Shown here: piece after piece, positions 37,410 through 46,988 of the stretch | How positions within the stretch are numbered: position 1 is the first letter of the stretch | Layout: each line of letters opens with the position of its first letter | From: Candidatus Eiseniibacteriota bacterium | Lineage (GTDB): Bacteria; Eisenbacteria; RBG-16-71-46 | Assembly: GCA_963744995.1 (NCBI GenBank) | Contig: CAVUWA010000010.1 | Coordinates: forward strand, 64,001-128,000 | Direction of reading: 5' to 3' | DNA: 64,000 nucleotides | Translations under genes and position numbers: made by a program | Notes under the pieces: generated by a model | Database searches by the model: none | What the model was told of the DNA's origin: nothing | Seen by the model: only the letters and a program-made list of their open reading frames with translations

Positions 37410-40193
37410 ATGTATGCCCGTAGGCATGCGTATGCCCGTTTCACCGTGCCCGTGCGGCTCGCCGTCCTGGCTGCCGTTCTTGCCACCGCGCCCGCCGGCC
37501 CGGTGTTCGCCGGCACGGCGCCGACGACCCCTACCTTCATGCTCACCTGGGGCACCCCCGGCAGCGCAGGCGGGCAGTTCACGGCGCCGGGGGCGCTGGC
37601 GGTGGACGCCGCCGGCAACGTCTACGTGGCCGATACCGGCAACGACCGGATTCAAAAATTCGACGGCCAGGGCCACTACCTGACCAGCTGGGGCTCGTTC
37701 GGCACCGGTCCGGCCAAGTTCGACAATCCCACCGGCATCGCCGTGGACGCCTACGACAACGTGTTCGTGGTCGACCAGGGGAACAGCCGCGTCAAGTCAT
37801 TCACGAGCGACGGTGTCCTCACCCATCAATGGGGATCTCCGGGCACCGGCGCCGGCCAGTTCAGCACACCCGTCGGGATCGCCGCCGATGCCGCCGGAAA
37901 CGTCTACGTCTCGGACGGCGCCAATCGCATCCAGAAGTTCACGGGCAACGGCGACTACATTCTCGAGTGGGGCGCGGCCGGAACGGGAGACGGCCAGTTC
38001 GACGGACCCGCCGGCATCGCCGTGGACGGGGCAGGGTGCATCTACGTCGCCGACGGGTCGAACGACCGCATTCAGAAGTTCAGCGACACCGGCGGTTATC
38101 TCGCCCAGTGGGGAGCGAGCGGCGCCGGCGCGGGCCAGCTCGACGCGCCGTTCGGCATCGGCGTGGATGCGCTGGGCCATGTCTACGTCGCCGAGCTCGG
38201 CAACCACCGCATTCAGAAATTCACCGCCGACGGCGTGTCGCTCACGATGTGGGGCACGCTCGGGAGCTACATCGGCGCTTTCGACCTGCCGTCGGGTGTC
38301 GCACTCGACGCGTCCGGCAACGTGTTCGTCGTCGAAATCAACAACGCCCGCGTGCAGAAGTTCAGCGGCGCAGGGATGGGCCCGCAGCAGGCGGCGCCGG
38401 CCTTCGCGCTGAACTTCGGCTCGGCGGGCTCGGGCAACGGCCAGCTCAACGCCCCATCTGCGGTCACCACGGACGCGTCAGGCTGGGTGTACGTCGCTGA
38501 TCCGTTCAATTCGCGCGTCCAGAAGTTCTCCGGGAATGGGGTCTACTCCTTCAAGTTCGGCAGCGCGGGCGCCGGTCCCGGCCAGCTCGGCTTCCTCAAC
38601 GGCGTCGCCGTGGACGCGTTCGGGAACATCTACGTGACCTGCAGCGACCATCGCGTCGAGAAGTTCGACGCGACGGGCGCGTTCATCCTGCAGTGGGGTA
38701 CCGCAGGCGCCGGCGCCGGGCAATTCAACATTCCGTTCGGCATCGCGGTAACCGCAGGGGGAGACGTGTACGTGACGGACTCCGGGAATGACCGGGTCCA
38801 GAAGTTCACGTCCACCGGCGGGTTCGTGGCCCAATGGGGCAGCCTCGGCGCCGGGACCGGACAGTTCACCGCGCCGCGCGGCATCGCGGTCGACCGGGCG
38901 GGGAACGTCTACGTCACCGACGGCAACGCGCGCGTGCAGAAGTTCACGTCGGGGGGCACGTTCCTCACGCAGTGGGCGATCAACAACTCTCCCGCGTATT
39001 CCGTTTCGAACGTGGCCGTGGATGCCGCCGGTGACGTCTACATCGCCAACGGTGGCACGAACTCGAGCATTCAGAAGTTCAAGAGTGACGGCACGTCGAT
39101 CACCACGTGGGGTGCCTACGGCACCGGCAATGGACAGTTCGCTCCCGCCTATGGCGTGGCGGTGGACGTCACCGGCAACGTGTACGTCGTGGACTACAAC
39201 GGCAATCGCGTGGTCAAGTTCGTGACCGCGCCGGCGATCCTGCTGGTCTCCGACGTCGGCAACGACCAGGGCCGGCAGACCCGGCTGCGCATCAGGGGCG
39301 CGTCGGCGGATGCCCCGGCGAACGGCGGCGTGACGGGCTACGCCGTGTACCGCGGGGTCGAGCCGCTGCCGGCTGCCGCGGGCGCATTCGACGCCGGTGC
39401 AGCCAGCGCGTTCCCGGTCGATCCAGCCGCGGTCCAGCTCGCCGGCTGGGACTACCTCGGCACGCAGCCGGCCGCAGGGGACCCCGAGTACAGCATGGTG
39501 GTGCCGACACTCGCCGATGCGAACGCGACCTCGACCTTCTACACCCGCTACCTGGTGCGCGCGCTGACCGCAGACCCGCTCACGCACTACGACTCGTTCC
39601 CCGAATACGGATACTCGATCGACAACCTCTCGCCGCCCGCGCCGACACCGTTCGCCGTCGCGTATGCGGCCGGCGTAGCGCACCTGCACTGGGGCGTGAG
39701 CAGTGCCGCGGACTTCGCCACGTTCCGTCTGTACAGGGGCGCGGATGCGGGCTTCATTCCGGGCTCCGCGAGCCTCGTCGCGTCGCTCACCGACACGGGC
39801 TACGTCGATCCGGCGCCCGCCGGGAACTACTACAAGCTTTCCGCGGTGGATCTGAACGGCAACGAGAGCGCCTTCGCGCTGGCGGGGCCGGAGCAGACCG
39901 CAGCGGTTGACCCATCGTTGCCGGCGGGGCTTGCGCTCGACGCCCTGCGCCCGAACCCGACGGCGGGGCGTAACTTGAGCGTGTCGTTCTCGCTCCCCGT
40001 GGCGGGCACGGCCCGGCTCGAGCTGCTCGACCTGATGGGACGGCTCGTCGTCCGACGCGAGGTGGGGACGCTGGGGATCGGTCGGCATGTCGTGGATCTG
40101 GCCACCGGACGCAGGCTTCCCCCCGGACTCTACCTGGTGCGCCTCAGCCAGAACCGCCAGGCGCGGGTGGCCCGGGTGGTGGTGACCGAATGA
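37410..40193 (+). CDS. Secreted NHL-repeat protein with FlgD-Ig/T9SS-A-like CTD; paralog of 279-3032
   Basis: Same architecture (AGTAPTTP start, ~12 NHL repeats, NDQG/VPTL/DNLSPPAP module, YYKLSAVD.NGNESAFAL, CTD); AAGGAG RBS. Confidence 0.9.
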   Translation: MYARRHAYARFTVPVRLAVLAAVLATAPAGPVFAGTAPTTPTFMLTWGTPGSAGGQFTAPGALAVDAAGNVYVADTGNDRIQKFDGQGHYLTSWGSFGTGPAKFDNPTGIAVDAYDNVFVVDQGNSRVKSFTSDGVLTHQWGSPGTGAGQFSTPVGIAADAAGNVYVSDGANRIQKFTGNGDYILEWGAAGTGDGQFDGPAGIAVDGAGCIYVADGSNDRIQKFSDTGGYLAQWGASGAGAGQLDAPFGIGVDALGHVYVAELGNHRIQKFTADGVSLTMWGTLGSYIGAFDLPSGVALDASGNVFVVEINNARVQKFSGAGMGPQQAAPAFALNFGSAGSGNGQLNAPSAVTTDASGWVYVADPFNSRVQKFSGNGVYSFKFGSAGAGPGQLGFLNGVAVDAFGNIYVTCSDHRVEKFDATGAFILQWGTAGAGAGQFNIPFGIAVTAGGDVYVTDSGNDRVQKFTSTGGFVAQWGSLGAGTGQFTAPRGIAVDRAGNVYVTDGNARVQKFTSGGTFLTQWAINNSPAYSVSNVAVDAAGDVYIANGGTNSSIQKFKSDGTSITTWGAYGTGNGQFAPAYGVAVDVTGNVYVVDYNGNRVVKFVTAPAILLVSDVGNDQGRQTRLRIRGASADAPANGGVTGYAVYRGVEPLPAAAGAFDAGAASAFPVDPAAVQLAGWDYLGTQPAAGDPEYSMVVPTLADANATSTFYTRYLVRALTADPLTHYDSFPEYGYSIDNLSPPAPTPFAVAYAAGVAHLHWGVSSAADFATFRLYRGADAGFIPGSASLVASLTDTGYVDPAPAGNYYKLSAVDLNGNESAFALAGPEQTAAVDPSLPAGLALDALRPNPTAGRNLSVSFSLPVAGTARLELLDLMGRLVVRREVGTLGIGRHVVDLATGRRLPPGLYLVRLSQNRQARVARVVVTE

Positions 40194-40367
40194 AATGAAG
40201 CGACCCCGGTTTGCCGCTCCACCCCTTCGGGCCCGGCCCACGGGCCCGGGGTGTCCACCGCGCGGGAACCGCATCCGGACCACCACTTTCGATGCGAAGG
40301 TGCTCACGGTCGGTGTCCGGGCGCGCGGATCGTGCACGGGTTCGGACACGATCCGACGCCCGACTCC

Positions 40368-40793
40368 TTACTTGCGTTGCTGCTGGTCGATCTGCGAGCG
40401 CAGCTCCTCGTCCCTGGCTCGCAGTTCAGGCGTGAGCTCCTTCCCGAAGTCCTCGGGCTCGAAGATGGGTCGGAGCGTGATCTCGACGCCACCGTCGAAC
40501 GGGGCGCGCTTGAGCCACTCGACCGCCTCCTCCATCGAGTTCACCTGCCAGATCCAGTATCCCGCGACGACCTCCTTGGACTCGGCGAAGGGGCCGTCGA
40601 TGATGGTGTGCCGGCCACCGTCGAACTTCACGCGCTTGGCCTTCGAGGTCGGGGTGAGTCCCTGACCGTCCAGCATGACGCCTGCCTTCACCAGCGCCTC
40701 GTTGAACTTCATCATCTTTCCGACGAGCTCCTGGCTCGGCATCACGCCGGCCTCGGAGTTGCTGTCCCCTGGGACGAGCACCATCACCCGCAT
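40368..40793 (-). CDS. YciI/DGPF family protein
   Basis: IDGPFAESKEVVAGYWIWQVNSMEEAVEWLKRAPF; AAGGAG RBS. Confidence 0.9.
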   Translation of the reverse strand: MRVMVLVPGDSNSEAGVMPSQELVGKMMKFNEALVKAGVMLDGQGLTPTSKAKRVKFDGGRHTIIDGPFAESKEVVAGYWIWQVNSMEEAVEWLKRAPFDGGVEITLRPIFEPEDFGKELTPELRARDEELRSQIDQQQRK

Positions 40794-40871
40794 CGTTCCG
40801 CTCCTTTTGCTGGATGGGAGGACGCCTGGACCGAGATGGCCGCGAGCGCCCTTCCGGGTCTCCAACAGGGC

Positions 40872-40898
40872 GACGAATGAGACCCGCCCGGATCGACA
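40872..40898 (-). promoter_or_regulatory. ECF42-type promoter upstream of the DGPF gene
   Basis: Minus strand TGTCGA-N17-CGTC; matches the motif described for ECF42 sigma factors, which control DGPF genes. Confidence 0.6.
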
Positions 40899-41078
40899 TC
40901 GCGCGACCCTTTTTTCCCCCGCCCATAGTCGTCCCATGGAAGATGAGGATTCTCAACCCGCTTCTGGCCGGGCCGGGGCGCGGGCGCGGCGGGGTTCGTC
41001 GCGAGGGGCCGCGCCGTCTGCTCAGTGGAACGGTCGTCCCGTCACGGATCGCCGGTGTAACTGCACTCCCATCCTCGC

Positions 41079-44000
41079 CTACCGCACCACCATCACCTTC
41101 CCCGACGCTGCCGCCCGGCCGCCGAGCAGCACCCGGTAGAAGTACACGCCACCACTCACCTGCCGCCCGTTTGCGTCGCGCCCGTTCCAGATGAACGACC
41201 ACCTCCCGGGCTCGAGGTGCACCGCCCTGTAGGCGCGCACGCGCCTGCCCCGCACGTCGAACACTTCCAGCCCCACGCGGCCCCGTGTGGCCAGGTCGAA
41301 CGCCAGCGTCGTTTGACCGCTGAACGGGTTGGGCCGCGCAGGCCGAAGCTGAACGAGCGAACCTCCCGGAATGACCGGCCGCGCCGGCTGCACGGCCACA
41401 GGGGTGCCGGACCGGGACATCACGACGGCCACATCGCCACCCTGGTCGGCCGGGTCCATGCCCTCGGCCATCACGTGGAAACCGTCGTTCACGATGGTTC
41501 CGTTGCGCTTGATCTCCATGGACCATGGTCCGGGCCCGGGCGGGTGCGTGACGTTCATCATGTAGAACTCGTCCACGGAGAGCGAGATGTCGGTGCCGGG
41601 CGTCATGTTGGTCACGGTCATCGTCGCGTCGCCGCGCTCGGTGCCGTCGTCGAACGCGGGAATCGAGTCCCGCTCGTTGGGCATCAGTTCGAAATTGAAG
41701 TCCCCCCCGCCGTCGTAGCTGGTGGTCACCGTGAACTGAACGACGTCCTGGTTCATGTTGGTGAAGAAGATGCCCGCATGCTTCTGGAATGGCATGGTGC
41801 CCAGATCCACGCTCTCACCGGGGCCGAGCATCAGCTCCGAGAAGCGGCTCACGTGCACCATGCTGTGGGCGTCATCCGAGCCGGAGTCGACGCGGAACGC
41901 GGAGAGCGTACGATCCCCCGTGTGCCTGTCGGGCACCTCGAAGCTTCCGCCCAGTCGCAGGCCGGTGTCGGTCCTCAGGACCGGCAGGCGAACGATGTGG
42001 CTGGGAACGCCGGGATCGATGATTACCGGCGTGCCACATTCGGCGATCCCGTGGTTCATCAGGCGCGCGGCGTCGGGCGTGTAGACGTCGTCGCTGATGG
42101 TGAATGGCGTGTAGAAGGTGCCGACCAGTGCCAGGCCGGCCCCTCCGGGGTCGGGGCCCGAGAACATGCCCGTCGCCTGTGCGCAGGTGGTGCTGCCGCC
42201 CTTGATGCCGTTCATGGGCGGGTTCATGTTGTTCAGCACGACGTTGAAGATGTTGTAGATGGTCCATGGAACGTCCACCGGCGTGTTTCCGAGGATCAGG
42301 TGGCGGGTGATCGGGTGGGCCTTGGTGCCCGCGATCTCAGCGAACATCGGGTTGTTCATCGCCGCCCGGCAGAGCTTGAGGTAGTCGTTGAGCGTCGAGT
42401 AGTGCTCGCCCAGGTCGGGGCCGAAAGGCTCGTTGTCGAGCCCGGCCGGGTTGTGGAAGTGGGTTTCGGTCATCCCCAAAGCCGCGGCCCGCGCGTTCAT
42501 CTCGGCCACGAACATGGGCACGGTGACCGTGGGATCACCCGGGCCGTAGATGGCGTCGGCGATGGCGAACGCAGCGTCGTTCCCCGAGCGCATGAGACAG
42601 GCGTAGAGCATGTCGATGTGCTTCATGCGCTCGTTCAGGCCGAAGTGGTACTTGCTTCCCGGCACCCAGGTGCTCACCCACGCCCCTGCGACGTAGTCGC
42701 CGTTGGGGTCGAAGTACCTGGGATCATTCGAGGGCAGCTGCATGCGCTCGGTGGCGATCATCACCGTCATGATCTTGGTGATGCTCGCAATGCAGCTTCG
42801 CTCGAAGGGCTTGAGCGAGTAGACCCAGTTGTCCTCGCAATCCACGGTGAGCGCGCGGTAGCAGCCGAGCCCGTACTCCTGGCGCCATGGCGCCACGATG
42901 TACACCGCGCCCTCGTTGGGGGCGCCGTCCGCCGTTTCGCCGGGGGCGCCCACTGCGAGGCCACCGTTACCGGTCGCGTCGAACGCGCCGAACGCGAGCG
43001 TCCAGCCCAGCTTGTCCCCCACCGCAGGCTGCTCGTTCAGGTCGTACTGGTCCCAGAACACGGCCGCCGTGCTGCCGTCGAAGCCGGTCGTCGACCCATA
43101 GGCCATGAACACGTGCCCGGCCTGGATCGGCCCCGGCTGGTTGGATTCGTTGTATCCGCCGATGGCCAGATCGTCCCAGGCATCGGCGGTGTGGAACGAG
43201 CCGGCGGCCAGGGCACTGCCGAACAGTTCATTGTCGAAGAAAGCATCGTTAAAGTAACTGGCGTCCAGAACGGTGGCGGCGGCGGTGACGAGCCCGCCGT
43301 TGGCGCCCGACCACACCGTCACGCGCCCCTGATTCGTATAGCCGCTCACGCTCCGGTACGGCTCGCCGACGGCGAGGCTCGCGTAGCCCCCGGCGTCCTG
43401 AAACACGCCGGCGGCGAGGGCGTAGCCGAACCTGGCGCCTTGCTGAGCGTTGTCCACGTCGCTCGCGTCGTAGGGCGTGGCGTTCACCTGCGAGATCCCG
43501 GCACCGACGATCCCCGGAATCACCCATACGCGGCCGATGTCCGGAATCGCGAAGGTGCTGATCACGTCGAAACCCGGCACGCCGACCGCGAGATCGGGAG
43601 CAGCGGTGCCCATCAGGTTGCCCGCCGCGAGCGAGAAGCCGAACTGGTTACCGTCCACGTTGGCCCCGCCGAGCACCGCTTCATCGAACCATGCGGTTCC
43701 GCCCGAGCCCGGGCCGCTCACCCCGCCAATGAATTCGACGATGATGCCCTGCTGATTGTTCTCACCCGGCGCACCGACGATCAGCTCCAGGCGATCGTCG
43801 ACGTCGAGATCGAAATTGCCCGCGACGAGCGACTGCCCGAACCGGTCGCCCGGGTCGGCCGTGAGCCCTGCCGACACTTCGTTGATCCACAGCCACGGCA
43901 CCAGCCCGGAACTCGTACCCCGCAGCACGAGCACCTCGCCCCGGTCCTTGTTGGTCAGGCCGAGGCTCGAGCCCGGCGCCCCGATCGCCAGATCGTCGTA

Positions 44001-44408
44001 GCCGTCGTGGTCGAAGTCGGCGGCCACGAGCGCCGCGCCGAATTCGCTCCCGGGGTGGATCGCGCCGCCGGCCGTCGACTGCGTGAAGACGTGGGCCCCC
44101 ACGTGGGTGATGCCGAAATGCGATCCCCAGTTGATGATGACGATTCCGGCATCGGCGATGGCGCCGATGTCTTCGAAGGGTGCCCCCGCGGCGACGTCGT
44201 CGTAGCCGTCGCCGTTGAAGTCGCCGCTCGCCACGGCGCTGCCGAAGAGGTCGCCCGACTCGGGCGTGTCGGCGCTCTCGGGGCCCTGGCGGTAGAGCTG
44301 AAGGTGGGCGCCGGCAGGGCTCGCGCAGAGCATGGCGAGCAGCGCGGCGGCCACGGCGAGAAGGACCGTGGGCTTGAAATACGGTGGTCCTGCGGAGGCC
44401 GGCGGCAT
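41079..44408 (-). CDS. Secreted FG-GAP propeller + peptidase S11 (D-Ala-D-Ala carboxypeptidase-like) + FlgD-Ig/T9SS-A-like CTD fusion
   Basis: GDFNGDGYDDVAAGAP repeats; ASITKIMT (SxxK), RSGNDAA (SxN), THFHNPAGLD, IKGG (KTG position); CTD RPNPF...FDVRGRRVR...WNGRDANG...GGVYFYRV. Confidence 0.85.
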   Translation of the reverse strand: MPPASAGPPYFKPTVLLAVAAALLAMLCASPAGAHLQLYRQGPESADTPESGDLFGSAVASGDFNGDGYDDVAAGAPFEDIGAIADAGIVIINWGSHFGITHVGAHVFTQSTAGGAIHPGSEFGAALVAADFDHDGYDDLAIGAPGSSLGLTNKDRGEVLVLRGTSSGLVPWLWINEVSAGLTADPGDRFGQSLVAGNFDLDVDDRLELIVGAPGENNQQGIIVEFIGGVSGPGSGGTAWFDEAVLGGANVDGNQFGFSLAAGNLMGTAAPDLAVGVPGFDVISTFAIPDIGRVWVIPGIVGAGISQVNATPYDASDVDNAQQGARFGYALAAGVFQDAGGYASLAVGEPYRSVSGYTNQGRVTVWSGANGGLVTAAATVLDASYFNDAFFDNELFGSALAAGSFHTADAWDDLAIGGYNESNQPGPIQAGHVFMAYGSTTGFDGSTAAVFWDQYDLNEQPAVGDKLGWTLAFGAFDATGNGGLAVGAPGETADGAPNEGAVYIVAPWRQEYGLGCYRALTVDCEDNWVYSLKPFERSCIASITKIMTVMIATERMQLPSNDPRYFDPNGDYVAGAWVSTWVPGSKYHFGLNERMKHIDMLYACLMRSGNDAAFAIADAIYGPGDPTVTVPMFVAEMNARAAALGMTETHFHNPAGLDNEPFGPDLGEHYSTLNDYLKLCRAAMNNPMFAEIAGTKAHPITRHLILGNTPVDVPWTIYNIFNVVLNNMNPPMNGIKGGSTTCAQATGMFSGPDPGGAGLALVGTFYTPFTISDDVYTPDAARLMNHGIAECGTPVIIDPGVPSHIVRLPVLRTDTGLRLGGSFEVPDRHTGDRTLSAFRVDSGSDDAHSMVHVSRFSELMLGPGESVDLGTMPFQKHAGIFFTNMNQDVVQFTVTTSYDGGGDFNFELMPNERDSIPAFDDGTERGDATMTVTNMTPGTDISLSVDEFYMMNVTHPPGPGPWSMEIKRNGTIVNDGFHVMAEGMDPADQGGDVAVVMSRSGTPVAVQPARPVIPGGSLVQLRPARPNPFSGQTTLAFDLATRGRVGLEVFDVRGRRVRAYRAVHLEPGRWSFIWNGRDANGRQVSGGVYFYRVLLGGRAAASGKVMVVR

Positions 44409-44499
44409 GGCGGATTCCTTTGGGATGGAGGAATTCCGGGTTTCGGCAGGGATGTTCAGCATACATGCGATGGCCTGTCAGGCGGCCACGCCTTTGACG

Positions 44500-46635
44500 C
44501 TACTCGATCACGACCACCCGCCGGCGCTTCTCGATCGCACCGTCCAGCCGCAGCACGGCGAAGTAGACGCCGGGCGCCAGGCCGGCCGTGCGCCACTGCA
44601 GGGACGTGGTCCCCGCAGGGGAGCGGCCGCTGAAGAGCGTGCGGACCGCGCGGCCCTGCACGTCGATCAGCGCCAGGTCCACCTGCGCTTCGCGTGGCAG
44701 GTCGAAGACCAGGCCGCCGGTGCCGCGCACCGGGTGGGCACCGGTCAGGCGCAGGTCGGCGGCGAGTGGGACGGCCGAACCGTCGACCCCGACCGGAAGT
44801 CCGTTGAAACGCAGCCCCCACGCCCACAGGTCGAGGCGCGTCGTCCCGGCGGCGAAGAGCTCCAAACGCCACAGGCCCTGCGCGGACTGGCCGTTGAACG
44901 TCGAGAGTGACTGGCTCGGCTTCACGCCCTGCGTGTAGGGAATGATCCCCGACGCCAGCGTGTTGACGGCGTCGTCGTTGAACTCGGTGTGCAGATCGCG
45001 GCCGCGCGCGGCGCCCGGCGCGACGAGGTCGACGAGGAGCATCGCGGGTGAGCGCAGCGTCACCTCGACCTGGGAAAGATCGGTGGTGGGCGCGAACACG
45101 AACACGTCCACGTCGCCGACGACCAGGTTCGCCGGGTAGAAGATGTCGTCGCTTACGTATGACGCGCCGGCACCGTCCGGCAGTGTGGAACCGCCAATGA
45201 TCCGGTAGTCGAACTCGCTCGCGGGCGCGGTCCCGGGCGCCCAGCCGGGGGCGCTCAGCGCCGCGCCGGACTTCACCAGCCGCGCATCGCTGCCGAAGAC
45301 TCCGATCTGCTCGAGACCGTCGAAATGCGCGCTCCAGCGCTCCGCCATGCCGCCTGTCACGGAGACGTTGAGCGGATTCAAGAAGCCCGAGTAGCCGAGG
45401 AACATGCCCTGGCGGATCTGCTGCGGGGACAGCTCGCCCCGGGTGACCCGCACCTCGTCCAGGTAACCGTTCCAGCGGTACGACCCGTCAAGATCCTGGC
45501 CGACGTCCACGAAGTGGCCGTTCTCGCCCACGGGCCCCGTGATCGTGCCGGTTTGCGAATCGAGCCGGCCGTTGACGTAGAGCGTCGTGATGCCGTTGCG
45601 ATAGGTCGCCGCCACGTGAGTCCACCGATCGAGCGGGATCGTTGTGGTGCTTTGCACGTAGTTCCCGGCGCCGCCAGTCGGATAGAAGCGCAGCTTTCCA
45701 GAGGTATTCAGACCGAACCAGAAACTCGTCATGTAGTCCCGGCCGACGATCGCCGGATAGCCGGAGTACGAGCGCGGCGCCACCCACGCCTCGATGCTCA
45801 AGCCCTGCGAGAATCCGTCGCCCATCGGGATCACCGCGTAGTCGTCGATCCCGTTGAACTCGACGGCGACGTTCGGGCTCACGGGCGCCGCGAATGCGTT
45901 CGAAAGAATCGGTCCCGGCTCGAACTGGGCGAAGTTGTCGGCCGCGCCGAGTCCGGAGTCGCGATCGTATGCGCCCGTAACCGCGGTGAGGTGCATGTCC
46001 CACACGGCCTCGAGCGTGTAGAAGTAGGCAGGCGTCTGGAAGAAGGGGTTCCCCACCTCGACGTACATCGTCGACTCGATCTGTGGGCCCGTGCGCGCCT
46101 CGCTCCAGATCCGCACCTCGTCCAGGTAGCCCTGCCAGAGGTAGTCGAGCACTCCAAAATTGCGATCGGCGCCGATGCGCAGATCTTCCGTCGTCGTCCC
46201 CACGGCGCCGACGATGCCGAACCCGGTCGAGGCGAGCTTACCGTTCAGGAAGATCGACCAGCCCACCCCCTGCTCGTAGGTCGCGGCCACGTGTGTCCAC
46301 TCGTTCAGAGGCACGACGGCGGCCGTCTCTACGTACGATCCCCCGGTGGGATAGAAACGGACGTTCCCCGACGTATTGAGCCCGAGCCAGAAGCTGTTCT
46401 GGTAGTCGTTGCCGATGATCGTGGGATAGTTGCTGTACGTGAGCGGATACACCCACGCCTCGAGCGTGTAGGCCGGGTTGCCCTGGATGTCGGTCTTGTT
46501 CGCGACCGAAAGGTACTCCCCGGCGGGACCGCCCAGGTTGAGTCCGGCGCTTGCGGGCAGGCCGTACTGTGCGGCGGAGGGGCGCGCATGGAGCAGCAGG
46601 CCCAGTGCGAGGAGAACGATCGCGGCAGGTCGCAT
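44500..46635 (-). CDS. Secreted 2x LamG + proprotein-convertase P-domain protein with FlgD-Ig/T9SS-A-like CTD
   Basis: T.EAWV.P...WTHVAATY...GYLDEVR twice; VTLRSPA...FNDDA...PSQSLSTFNGQSAQGLWRL P-domain; CTD DVQGRAVRTL...PGVYFAVL; AAGGAGG RBS. Confidence 0.85.
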   Translation of the reverse strand: MRPAAIVLLALGLLLHARPSAAQYGLPASAGLNLGGPAGEYLSVANKTDIQGNPAYTLEAWVYPLTYSNYPTIIGNDYQNSFWLGLNTSGNVRFYPTGGSYVETAAVVPLNEWTHVAATYEQGVGWSIFLNGKLASTGFGIVGAVGTTTEDLRIGADRNFGVLDYLWQGYLDEVRIWSEARTGPQIESTMYVEVGNPFFQTPAYFYTLEAVWDMHLTAVTGAYDRDSGLGAADNFAQFEPGPILSNAFAAPVSPNVAVEFNGIDDYAVIPMGDGFSQGLSIEAWVAPRSYSGYPAIVGRDYMTSFWFGLNTSGKLRFYPTGGAGNYVQSTTTIPLDRWTHVAATYRNGITTLYVNGRLDSQTGTITGPVGENGHFVDVGQDLDGSYRWNGYLDEVRVTRGELSPQQIRQGMFLGYSGFLNPLNVSVTGGMAERWSAHFDGLEQIGVFGSDARLVKSGAALSAPGWAPGTAPASEFDYRIIGGSTLPDGAGASYVSDDIFYPANLVVGDVDVFVFAPTTDLSQVEVTLRSPAMLLVDLVAPGAARGRDLHTEFNDDAVNTLASGIIPYTQGVKPSQSLSTFNGQSAQGLWRLELFAAGTTRLDLWAWGLRFNGLPVGVDGSAVPLAADLRLTGAHPVRGTGGLVFDLPREAQVDLALIDVQGRAVRTLFSGRSPAGTTSLQWRTAGLAPGVYFAVLRLDGAIEKRRRVVVIE

Positions 46636-46823
46636 GGCGGCCTCCTTCGGGGTCGGAGGGGTTCATGGCGGCCCGGGGAGGCCCCGGCAGGGGGGCTAGT
46701 CTACCGCACTCCGCACGGCCTGGGGCATCCGTTCGGGCTCGAATGTGCCCTGCGGGCATGGCGCCCGGTGGCTCATGTAAGGCGTGGCTCCGCCGGAGGA
46801 TGCGATGGCGGGTACCGCGCCGC

Positions 46824-46988
46824 TCAAGACCCGCCCGGGCGCTTCCCCTCCTCGTCGTCGTGCAGCATGCGGATCGCCGGCGTCTCGGTGTCGTCGTACT
46901 GGCCGTGCCGCGCGGCCCATACGTAGGCGCCGATCGCGATGAACACGATCAGCAGTGCGAGCGGCACCAGAATGTAGAGGACGCTCAT
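46824..46988 (-). CDS. ccoS: cbb3-type cytochrome oxidase assembly protein CcoS
   Basis: MSVLYILVPLALL...WAARHGQYDDTETPAIRMLHDD. Confidence 0.92.
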   Translation of the reverse strand: MSVLYILVPLALLIVFIAIGAYVWAARHGQYDDTETPAIRMLHDDEEGKRPGGS

